DNA from: Candidatus Onthousia faecigallinarum
GTDB lineage: Bacteria > Bacillota_I > Bacilli_A > RF39 > UBA660
Length of the DNA: 49,265 nt
Direction: 5' to 3'
NCBI GenBank assembly: GCA_018716225.1
Contig: DVKE01000011.1
Coordinates: 1 to 49,265, forward strand
Shown in pieces: positions 39,009 to 46,953 of this stretch. The stretch's first letter is position 1, and each line of letters starts with the position of its first letter. A program made the translations under genes and the position numbers. The notes beneath the pieces are model-generated. The model was not told where the DNA came from and did no database searches. It saw only the letters and a program-made list of their open reading frames with translations.

Positions 39009-40952
39009 TTATATTGTCTTACTTCTTCTACTATTAATTTCTTCTTTAAATTTTGATGCATCTATCCCGCCTACTGTTTCTAAACTGTCAAACTCTTCCG
39101 AACTGATTAAACTTTCAAACCAGGCATTTCTTCCGATACTTTGCAAATTATTTAAGCCTTCCGCAGTAGTTAATTTTTCAAACCTGGCATCTCCTTCTAT
39201 CCTTTGTAAGTGCTCCAGCCCTTCGGCACTGGTTAAATTATCGAACCAAGCGTCTCCACCTATCCTTTGCAAGTTATCTAAACCTTCGGCACTGGTTAAA
39301 CTACCAAATCCAGCATCTCCTTCTATCCTTTGTAAGTACTCCAGCCCTTCGGCACTGGTTAAACTATTAAATCTAGCATTTCCTTCTATCCTTTGTAAGC
39401 GCTCCAGCCCTTCGGCACTGGTTAAATTATTGAACCAAGCGTCTCCACCTATCCTTTGCAAGTTATCTAAACCTTCGGCACTGGTTAAGCTATCAAATCT
39501 AGCATTTCCGCCTATCCATTGTAAGTTATTTAAGCCTTCAGCACTTGTTAGATTTTTAAAAAAAGCATATCCACCTATCCTTTGTAAGTTATTTAAGCCT
39601 TCCGCACTGGTTAATCTAGGAAAAGGAGCAGAGCCGATTATACATTGTAAATTTTTAAAATCATCTGTTAGTGTCTCATCTACATATTCTAAATCCCCAT
39701 AAAAGTATATTATATTATTTCTTTCGAAATCAGACAGTTTTGTACCTATATTTTCTTCTTTACAATGAAATATAAATGCTAAATCTTTTTTATTATTTCT
39801 TTTATTACGGATTTCTTGAATTCTAGGATCTCTATCATATCCAAATCCTTCTATTTTATTATCTACTTCATATAAAAATATTAATTCTTCTCTCGTTAGA
39901 TCTACATTATCATTTACTTTATTATCAATTTCGGTTAATAATTTCATATCATGAACGCTCTTTAAGTATTTATCTTTATCTGGAAATTCCTTTAATTTTT
40001 CTTCTGCAATCGATGTCATACATCCTTCTAAGTTTTGATGTTCTCCTACTCCCCTGACTTCCCCTATTTTACTTTTACCATCCATTCGAATCGCAATTCT
40101 AGGTTCTTTATATTCCCCTTTATCATCTTTTGTATAATATACATAAAAGTCCCCATTCAAAAGTTGTGTTTTAGCCGTCTCTTCTCCCGCAGTACACCAT
40201 CCAGTATTTTTCCCTTGTAAAGACTTCCATAAAGGTTTATAATCACTACCTTGATCATATTTTATCCAGATCCCATCGGTATCACCACTTCTATTAACAT
40301 GATTTGTATTTGTTAAATAATATTCATATAATTTCTTAAAACTTTCCCCATTCTCTAAGGCTCTTTTTGCTTCTTCACTTATCTCATCATTGGTACCTAT
40401 TTCTTTTGATAAAGTATCATATACTCTTGCCAAGACTTCTCTATTTAATTCGATAAAAGCATCAATAGTTGTTTTACTTCTTTTCCCAAACTCCCCTTTT
40501 TCTTTATCAAATTTATTTAGTTTAAGCATTCCTTTAAAAGCATAATGTTTAAACCACACAGGATACATTGCATCATCACTTGTGAAATAGTCTATCCACA
40601 TATCTAGAGACTTCTCTTGCTCTTTTTGAACCGTTGAAAGCATTTCTTTTTTCATTTCCTCTGTTACTGTAATATTCCCATAGCCTCTTTCTCTGGCAAT
40701 TTTTTTCTGTAAGTGAATATAACTTTCAGGTAGTTCTTTTATGACATATTTATCATAATAAAATTTCTTTAATATTTCCATTTTATGAGGAGTCTCTTTG
40801 GCTATATCATGTGCTCTTTCTAATCTATCGAAATACTTTTCTATTTTTTCCGTAGGACTATCACTTTTATCAGCCGTATGCATGATGACATCTTCCATAT
40901 GCATATCTTGATATAGACTATTTAAAAACTCACTGCCATTCTTATATTTCAT
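39009..40952 (-). CDS. Cytoplasmic protein with WCTA (PcfJ-like) domain and C-terminal 21-aa LRR-like repeats, inserted between parE and parC
   Basis: KNTGWCTAGEETAKTQL..GDFYVYY...PRIAIRM...EVRG..QNLE; eight LTSAEGLxxLQxIxGxAxFxx repeats; no signal peptide; AT-rich with many ATA/AGA codons. Confidence 0.75.
   Translation of the reverse strand: MKYKNGSEFLNSLYQDMHMEDVIMHTADKSDSPTEKIEKYFDRLERAHDIAKETPHKMEILKKFYYDKYVIKELPESYIHLQKKIARERGYGNITVTEEMKKEMLSTVQKEQEKSLDMWIDYFTSDDAMYPVWFKHYAFKGMLKLNKFDKEKGEFGKRSKTTIDAFIELNREVLARVYDTLSKEIGTNDEISEEAKRALENGESFKKLYEYYLTNTNHVNRSGDTDGIWIKYDQGSDYKPLWKSLQGKNTGWCTAGEETAKTQLLNGDFYVYYTKDDKGEYKEPRIAIRMDGKSKIGEVRGVGEHQNLEGCMTSIAEEKLKEFPDKDKYLKSVHDMKLLTEIDNKVNDNVDLTREELIFLYEVDNKIEGFGYDRDPRIQEIRNKRNNKKDLAFIFHCKEENIGTKLSDFERNNIIYFYGDLEYVDETLTDDFKNLQCIIGSAPFPRLTSAEGLNNLQRIGGYAFFKNLTSAEGLNNLQWIGGNARFDSLTSAEGLDNLQRIGGDAWFNNLTSAEGLERLQRIEGNARFNSLTSAEGLEYLQRIEGDAGFGSLTSAEGLDNLQRIGGDAWFDNLTSAEGLEHLQRIEGDARFEKLTTAEGLNNLQSIGRNAWFESLISSEEFDSLETVGGIDASKFKEEINSRRSKTI
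39111..39614 (-). repeat. Eight tandem 63-bp coding repeats
   Basis: The CTTCGGCACTGGTTAA core recurs every 63 bp; units at 39426..39488 and 39237..39299 are 62/63 identical. Confidence 0.95.
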
Positions 40953-40964
40953 ATGCAATCACTC

Positions 40965-42866
40965 CTATATCTCATAATCATCTTCCAAAGAAAATTCAAC
41001 ATTTTCTTCAATCCATTCTTTTCTTGGAGGTACATCATCTCCCATTAAGACAGATACCCGTTTTTCGGCCAATTGTGCATCTTCGATATTCACCCGGATC
41101 AAGGTTCGACTTCCTGGTTTCATCGTTGTTTCACATAATTGATCGGCATTCATTTCACCAAGTCCTTTATAACGTTGTACTTCACATTTTCTACCCTTTA
41201 TTTTTTCCCGCATTTCATCCATGGAATAAGCATATTCCACTTCTTTGCCACATTGAATTTTAAATAAAGGAGGAAGTGCTACATAAAGGCGTCCATCTTC
41301 AATCAATGGTCTCATATAGCGATAAAAGAAAGTAAGAAGTAAGCATTGAATATGTCCTCCATCTTCATCGGCATCGCTCATAATAATGACTTTACTGTAT
41401 TCACAATCGTTAATATCAAAGTTTTGTCCATACCCTGCACCAATGGTATAGATCATGGTATTAATTTCTTCATTTTTTAGAATGTCGCTTTCTTTGGTTT
41501 TCTCGGTATTTAAAACTTTACCACGCAGCGGAAGAATGGCTTGATACTTGCGATCCCGACCTTGTTTTGCCGAACCACCTGCCGAATCTCCTTCGACCAA
41601 AAAGAGCTCTTTTTTGGTTTTATCTTTACTTTGCGCCGGCGCTAGTTTCCCCGATAAAGCTCGTTCTTTCGGATTTTTATTTTTCCCTTTCCGGGCTTCT
41701 TCTCTTGCCTTTCTGGCCGCTTCTCTTGCTACTTTACTCTTTAATGATTTATTGATGATCTCAGTGGCAATTGCTTTATTTTCTTCCAAGAAGAATTGTA
41801 GCTTTTCTGTCACCAAAGCCTCTACCGCCGTTCTGGCTTGCGGAGTACCCAATTTCCCTTTGGTTTGCCCTTCAAATTGTAATAATTCTTCCGGAATCTT
41901 TAAAGAAATAACTGCTGTCAATCCTTCCCGAACATCACTACCTTCTAAAGCTTTCTCTTTTCCTTTAATAAATCCATTCGTTTTCGCATAATCATTAAAT
42001 ACTTTCGTTAACGCTGTCTTAAAACCAACCTCATGACTTCCTCCATCACTAGTTTTAACATTATTTACAAACGAAACAATATTTTCTTGATAAGTATCAG
42101 TATACTGCATCGCAATATCAATTTCCATCTTATCTTTCATTCCTTCAAAGACAATCACATTATGTAAAGGAACTTTCCCATCATTTAAGCAATCAACAAA
42201 AGCCTCTAATCCTTTTTCATAGCAATAAACTTGATGTCTTTCATCTTCTTCATCGATCACTTCTATGGTAAGACCTTTTAAAAGAAAAGCTGACTCTTGC
42301 ATTCTCTCACAAATCGTCGTAAAGGAAAAGTTGGTATTTGGAAATATTTCTTTATCTGGTAAAAAGCGTACAGTCGTTCCAGTTTTATTGGTCGTTCCTA
42401 TTTTCTTTAACGGTACTGCCACTTTTCCCCCATGTTCAAAGCGAATATAATATTCACCCTTATCCCGTTTGATCGTGACTTCCATCCACTCTGATAAAGC
42501 ATTAACTACACTTCCTCCAACACCATGAAGTCCACCCGATACTTTATAACCAGACTCTTCAAACTTACCTCCAGCATGTAAAACAGTATAAATAACTTCC
42601 GGCGTTGACTTCCCAGAGGCATGCATACCAACAGGAACCCCCCGACCTTCATCGGCAACACTAATGCTTTTATCTTTATGAATGGTAATGGTAATATGTT
42701 TTCCATAACCGTTAATTGCTTCATCAATGGAATTATCAACAATTTCCCACACTAAATGATGTAATCCTCTACGATCCGTTGATCCGATATACATGCCAGG
42801 CCTTTTCCGAACTGCCTCTAACCCTTCTAAAATCTTAATCGAACTATCATCATACTTCGCTGCCAT
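40965..42866 (-). CDS. parE: DNA topoisomerase IV subunit B
   Basis: LEGLEAVRKRPGMYIGST, HAGGKF..GYKVSGGLHGVG, LVEGDSAGGSAKQGRDR, QRYKGLGEMN, ParE-type end PRKEWIEENVEF. Start ATG 42866. Confidence 0.95.
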   Translation of the reverse strand: MAAKYDDSSIKILEGLEAVRKRPGMYIGSTDRRGLHHLVWEIVDNSIDEAINGYGKHITITIHKDKSISVADEGRGVPVGMHASGKSTPEVIYTVLHAGGKFEESGYKVSGGLHGVGGSVVNALSEWMEVTIKRDKGEYYIRFEHGGKVAVPLKKIGTTNKTGTTVRFLPDKEIFPNTNFSFTTICERMQESAFLLKGLTIEVIDEEDERHQVYCYEKGLEAFVDCLNDGKVPLHNVIVFEGMKDKMEIDIAMQYTDTYQENIVSFVNNVKTSDGGSHEVGFKTALTKVFNDYAKTNGFIKGKEKALEGSDVREGLTAVISLKIPEELLQFEGQTKGKLGTPQARTAVEALVTEKLQFFLEENKAIATEIINKSLKSKVAREAARKAREEARKGKNKNPKERALSGKLAPAQSKDKTKKELFLVEGDSAGGSAKQGRDRKYQAILPLRGKVLNTEKTKESDILKNEEINTMIYTIGAGYGQNFDINDCEYSKVIIMSDADEDGGHIQCLLLTFFYRYMRPLIEDGRLYVALPPLFKIQCGKEVEYAYSMDEMREKIKGRKCEVQRYKGLGEMNADQLCETTMKPGSRTLIRVNIEDAQLAEKRVSVLMGDDVPPRKEWIEENVEFSLEDDYEI

Positions 42867-42915
42867 ATAAACACTTCCTTTTCTATCAAAAAAAAGAAAC
42901 AAAGATCCCAGTTAG

Positions 42916-42995
42916 TTTCTTTCTCCCTTCTTGATTCTCAAACAATATTTTAGCAAAAGAAAAGAAAAACCGCAACGGTTTTCTTCCAAAAACAA
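42916..42995 (-). repeat. 80-bp direct repeat copy 1 (terminator hairpin, sigma-A promoter, purine-rich leader) upstream of parE
   Basis: Identical to 43710..43789. - strand GAAAACCG-TTG-CGGTTTTT hairpin; TTGCGG-N17-TAAAAT with TG extension. Confidence 0.95.
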
Positions 42996-43012
42996 CGGAA
43001 GTATTTCCCATT

Positions 43013-43699
43013 CTAATCTCTCTCATCAAAAAAATTAATACCATATTCTTTCATTTTAGACAATTCTACTTCTTGTAATTCTTTTATCATTTTTACGAAA
43101 CCAGAAACATCATAATTTTGTAAATAACCAAAATATTCTGTTCTTCTTTCTTCTGGAATTACAATAGGAATACCATCATTCATTAACAACTGATGATTAA
43201 TTAAGACTCTTCCAGTTCTACCATTTCCATCTTCAAAAGGATGAAGATGTTCAAACTGAATATGAAAGTTCGCTACTTTTTCTAATAATGACAAATCGCT
43301 ATTTTCATACTGATAAATGATTTCACTCATTTGTGATGGAACGAAAGCCGCTTCCGGGGGAACAAAATCTGCCCCTCTTATAAAAACAAAAGATTTTCGA
43401 TATCCTGAAATATCTGCAATATTTTTGTTAATAATAATACCAATCTGTTGAATTAATTCATTATCAAACTTATCTAAGTGTGCAAGGGAATAAGTTAAAG
43501 CATACTTTAAATTAATCGCTTCATATAACTCTCGTGGCTTGACATTTTGTAAAGGCAAGGAATCATCTACAAATACAATGGAATAAGTTTCAGCATAAGA
43601 AAGGGTATTGCCTTCGATGGCATTCGAACTTTTAATGCTTCTAGTAATAAAATTTTCATAATAATTCTGATTTTTAAGTGCCTTCTCAAATTTTTTCAT
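43013..43699 (-). CDS. Fic family protein (class II, N-terminal inhibitory motif)
   Basis: Canonical HPFEDGNGRTGR; inhibitory SNAIEG (S/TxxxEG). Real start MKKFEK at 43699; the ORF-track extension is the repeat. Confidence 0.93.
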   Translation of the reverse strand: MKKFEKALKNQNYYENFITRSIKSSNAIEGNTLSYAETYSIVFVDDSLPLQNVKPRELYEAINLKYALTYSLAHLDKFDNELIQQIGIIINKNIADISGYRKSFVFIRGADFVPPEAAFVPSQMSEIIYQYENSDLSLLEKVANFHIQFEHLHPFEDGNGRTGRVLINHQLLMNDGIPIVIPEERRTEYFGYLQNYDVSGFVKMIKELQEVELSKMKEYGINFFDERD

Positions 43700-43709
43700 A
43701 TCTTTTCCC

Positions 43710-43789
43710 TTTCTTTCTCCCTTCTTGATTCTCAAACAATATTTTAGCAAAAGAAAAGAAAAACCGCAACGGTTTTCTTCCAAAAACAA
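43710..43789 (-). repeat. 80-bp direct repeat copy 2 upstream of the Fic gene
   Basis: 80/80 identical to 42916..42995 by manual alignment. Confidence 0.95.
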
Positions 43790-43928
43790 AGACTATTCTT
43801 CTTTTTCTAAAACATTTTCAAGATCTTAATAAAAGCCAAAAAGCTCTTGACACTCGAATCTTATTTTCCTTTCTTTTTCATTTACAAACAAGAAGGACAC
43901 CTGATAAAATGAAGAAAGGAGAGAGCAC

Positions 43929-44846
43929 ATGAAAAAATTTATTATTACTTTTATTTTTATAATCTTATTTGTTTTATGTTACATCTATCGCGATCCTCTT
44001 TATAATCTTTATCGTACTTATATTATCAAAGAACCGGAAAAAGTTTCATTAGATAAGAAAAATGAATATTATAGAGATTATGATTTCAACTGTGTTCAAA
44101 GAACGGATGATTTTACTCCCGAATCGAAACAGGATCTTTTAAATATTTACTATACGGTTTTAAATAGTGGCGTAGATAATTTTTCTTTTTATTGTCCTAG
44201 TTCTTATAAAGAATGTATGGATGAAGTAAAAAATCTAGCCAACGATCAGGAAACTCTTTCTACCATTAATAATTTTGTCCATCCTTATAATAGTTTTCGT
44301 CATTTAGAAACAGCTTATGACAATTATGGTAAAATCACGCTTACCATTGAAAAGACTTATTCTGATAGTGATATTTCTCTCATTAATGCCAAAGTAGATG
44401 AAGTCGAACAAGAAATATGGACGGATAATATGAGCCAAGTAGATAAAATAAGAGCGGCTCATGATTATATTATCAATCATAGTGAATATGATTCGGAACG
44501 AAGTGATTATAATATTGTAAAATATAAATCGGATACCGCTTTTGGCCCTCTTTTAGAAGGTTATAGTTTATGCGGAGGTTATACGGATGCCATGGCTTTA
44601 TTCTTGGAAGACTTGAAGATCAAGATTTATAAAATTGCTAGTGCAAACCATGTTTGGAATGCCCTAAAACTTAATGATGGCTGGTATCACTTAGATTTAA
44701 CTTGGGACGATCCTATTACAACCACAGGACAAAATCTATTAGAATATCATTACTTTTTAATTACAACCAATGAATTACTAGAAAAAGAAAAAACACAACA
44801 CTCTTTTGATCAAGAAATCTATTCGGAAGTAAAAGAAAATGCCTAA
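43929..44846 (+). CDS. Membrane-anchored transglutaminase-like domain protein
   Basis: N-terminal TM; KIRAAHDYII; Cys-His-Asp triad LCGGY / HVWN / HLDLTWD. Confidence 0.88.
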   Translation: MKKFIITFIFIILFVLCYIYRDPLYNLYRTYIIKEPEKVSLDKKNEYYRDYDFNCVQRTDDFTPESKQDLLNIYYTVLNSGVDNFSFYCPSSYKECMDEVKNLANDQETLSTINNFVHPYNSFRHLETAYDNYGKITLTIEKTYSDSDISLINAKVDEVEQEIWTDNMSQVDKIRAAHDYIINHSEYDSERSDYNIVKYKSDTAFGPLLEGYSLCGGYTDAMALFLEDLKIKIYKIASANHVWNALKLNDGWYHLDLTWDDPITTTGQNLLEYHYFLITTNELLEKEKTQHSFDQEIYSEVKENA

Positions 44847-44851
44847 AATTA

Positions 44852-45736
44852 TTAGACATTTTTTATTTTCTGAAGGAGATCCGGATCAAACTTTTTTTCT
44901 TTAATCATCCTAATTTCTTCTCGATAGGGAGGATACAAGCGATCGACATAAGGAGTTTCTAGAATCTTAGGAATATTTTCTAATTTTTTATGATAAATAA
45001 CATTCAATAAATTCGCAAAACCAATTTTACCAAACCCAATATTCTCATGTCGATCTTTATGGCTTCCCCGTTCATTTTTACTATCATTAACATGAACACA
45101 AAGAAGACGAGAAAGTCCAATCACTTGATCAAACTCTTTTAAAACAGCATCAAAGTGATCCAAATCATATCCGGCATCATGAATATGACAAGTATCAAGA
45201 CAGACTCCTATCCTTTCTTTTTTTTCTACTCCTTCTATAATCGCTTTTAATTCTTCAAAGGTCTTACCTATTTCACTTCCCTTTCCAGCCATCGTTTCTA
45301 ATAAGATCTGAACTGAAGTAGTATCTTCTTTTAAAATTTGATTTAAACCTTCGATGATATGTTGCGTTCCTATCTCAACTCCTTGTCCAACATGACTACC
45401 TGGATGTAAGACCAAATATTTCATCTGACAAGCTTCTACACGTTTTAACTCTTCCTGCAAAAAGCGACAAGAAAAATGAAACTTCTCCTCATCCGACGAT
45501 GCTAAATTAATCATATAGGGTGCATGAACAATAACTTTGTCAGCAACCACTCCCTTCTCTTTCATCAAAGCAAAAGCCTCTTCTACTTGCTTCAAATTAA
45601 TAGTACTTCTTATCGTATTTTGGGGAGCTCCTGTATAAAACATAAACGTATTTTCCCCATAAGATAAAGCCTCCTTTACGCTTCCTACTAAACCAGTATC
45701 TTTTTTATATCCGACATGACTACCTAAAAGTAACAT
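44852..45736 (-). CDS. nfo: Endonuclease IV (AP endonuclease)
   Basis: GSHV, YTGAPQNT, VHAPYMIN, LHPGSH, LETMAGKGSE, CLDTCH, HVNDSKN...DRHEN, ILETP. Confidence 0.97.
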   Translation of the reverse strand: MLLLGSHVGYKKDTGLVGSVKEALSYGENTFMFYTGAPQNTIRSTINLKQVEEAFALMKEKGVVADKVIVHAPYMINLASSDEEKFHFSCRFLQEELKRVEACQMKYLVLHPGSHVGQGVEIGTQHIIEGLNQILKEDTTSVQILLETMAGKGSEIGKTFEELKAIIEGVEKKERIGVCLDTCHIHDAGYDLDHFDAVLKEFDQVIGLSRLLCVHVNDSKNERGSHKDRHENIGFGKIGFANLLNVIYHKKLENIPKILETPYVDRLYPPYREEIRMIKEKKFDPDLLQKIKNV

Positions 45737-45765
45737 CTTTCTTTCCTCCTTAACCATTTTTTAAC

Positions 45766-45794
45766 AAAAGAAAAAGTCCCAAAGGACTCTTCTT
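45766..45794 (-). terminator. Rho-independent terminator after the pilin gene
   Basis: - strand AAGAAGAGTCC-TTTG-GGACTTTTTCTTTT. Confidence 0.6.
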
Positions 45795-45811
45795 ACCATT
45801 TCCACCCTTTC

Positions 45812-46354
45812 CTATGAAGCTGGATAAACGGCAGTAACTGATGAACAAGTTGGAGTGATTCCAGAAGGTGCAGTAGAAGGCACTGAAAAATCACTAACTC
45901 CTGGCTCAGAAGTAGCACTTAAACTACCTTCTTGAACAAGATCCTTCGCTAAAGTTTGTTCTTCTGCTAGTCTAAATCCATTTCCGCCAGCATCAATCAT
46001 TTGAACATAATATTCATAAGTTCCAGCATTGTTATAGATTAAAACATAACTTGCATTGTTATCATAATCTTTTCCATAAGTACTCTTCGTACTTCCAGCA
46101 TCAACTGGTACAAGTCCCATACTAACAATAGTACAAGAGTTCGTAGCAGGAGCTGTATAATCTCCATTTAACATACTGTAACGAATAGAATTTAGATATT
46201 GATTAGCAGTTGAAATATAAGTGTTCTTTCTAGAATCACGAATATAACCTGACATACTAGTAACAGCTAAAGTCATTAAGATAGCTAAAATAACAATAAC
46301 TGCCAACAATTCAATCAATGTAAATCCTTTATTGTTTTTTTTCATTTTTTTCAT
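45812..46354 (-). CDS. Type IV pilin, candidate major pilin
   Basis: NNKG|FTLIELLAVIVILAIL; two Cys; own strong promoter, GAGGAGG RBS and terminator. Confidence 0.88.
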   Translation of the reverse strand: MKKMKKNNKGFTLIELLAVIVILAILMTLAVTSMSGYIRDSRKNTYISTANQYLNSIRYSMLNGDYTAPATNSCTIVSMGLVPVDAGSTKSTYGKDYDNNASYVLIYNNAGTYEYYVQMIDAGGNGFRLAEEQTLAKDLVQEGSLSATSEPGVSDFSVPSTAPSGITPTCSSVTAVYPAS

Positions 46355-46381
46355 AAGTTCCTCCTCATCCTCTCTGTTATT

Positions 46382-46410
46382 AGAATAACAAGTTTGTCAG
46401 TCTTTGTCAA
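46382..46410 (-). promoter_or_regulatory. Strong sigma-A promoter of the pilin gene
   Basis: - strand TTGACA-N17-TATTCT with TG extension. Confidence 0.7.
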
Positions 46411-46431
46411 TTCCTGCCGTTATTTTTTTTG

Positions 46432-46911
46432 TCAATAGACATATGGACAAGAAATAGATCGAATTGTAAGCTCATCATCACTTTTTACCTGATTGATAGC
46501 ATTCTCTTCATTTAAGTCATCTTGTGTAATCAAAGAAAACCCTCTTTTTTTCTCACCATAATTCTCAATTAACTGTACCGAATACTGATAAGCATTATCA
46601 ACCAAAGCAATTTCTACAAAAGAATCTGTTTGGTCATAACTACCTCCCTCTGGTCCTTCTTCTAATTCAGATAAATCAAGAGAACCCAACCGAATCGCCA
46701 CACAACTTGTGGCCGTAGGCTTTGGAATACTAGTATCACTACGAAACTTATACTCTGCTAGTGTAATCATCTTTTTTGCATCTTCCACATAAGTACTTCG
46801 CTTATTTTTATCCAATGTATTGATAACATTTGGCACCGCTATTAACATAATAATCGATAATATAACAATCGTCGCTAATAATTCCATTAATGTAAAACCT
46901 TTTTGATTCAT
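46432..46911 (-). CDS. Type IV pilin-like protein
   Basis: NQKG|FTLMELLATIVILSIIMLIAVP; two Cys; similar layout to 45812..46354. Confidence 0.88.
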   Translation of the reverse strand: MNQKGFTLMELLATIVILSIIMLIAVPNVINTLDKNKRSTYVEDAKKMITLAEYKFRSDTSIPKPTATSCVAIRLGSLDLSELEEGPEGGSYDQTDSFVEIALVDNAYQYSVQLIENYGEKKRGFSLITQDDLNEENAINQVKSDDELTIRSISCPYVY

Positions 46912-46953
46912 TTCAATCACCCTACTATCATCATTATAACAGCTTTTTTTAAA

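Noticed and set aside
39111..39614. 63-bp periodic repeats as a CRISPR array
   Set aside because: The period is a multiple of 3, the repeats lie inside an ORF, there are no unique spacers and no cas genes; these are coding LRR-like repeats.
36475..42866. gyrA/gyrB assignment
   Set aside because: The N-terminus RFGSYSKYIIQERA, the LYRLTNTD motif, the absence of a GyrA-box and the WIEENVEF C-terminus fit ParC/ParE.
43700..43789. 30-aa N-terminal extension of Fic given in the ORF track (and similar short extension of ParE)
   Set aside because: The Fic extension is translation of the promoter/terminator repeat; RBS-supported ATGs are at 43699 and 42866.
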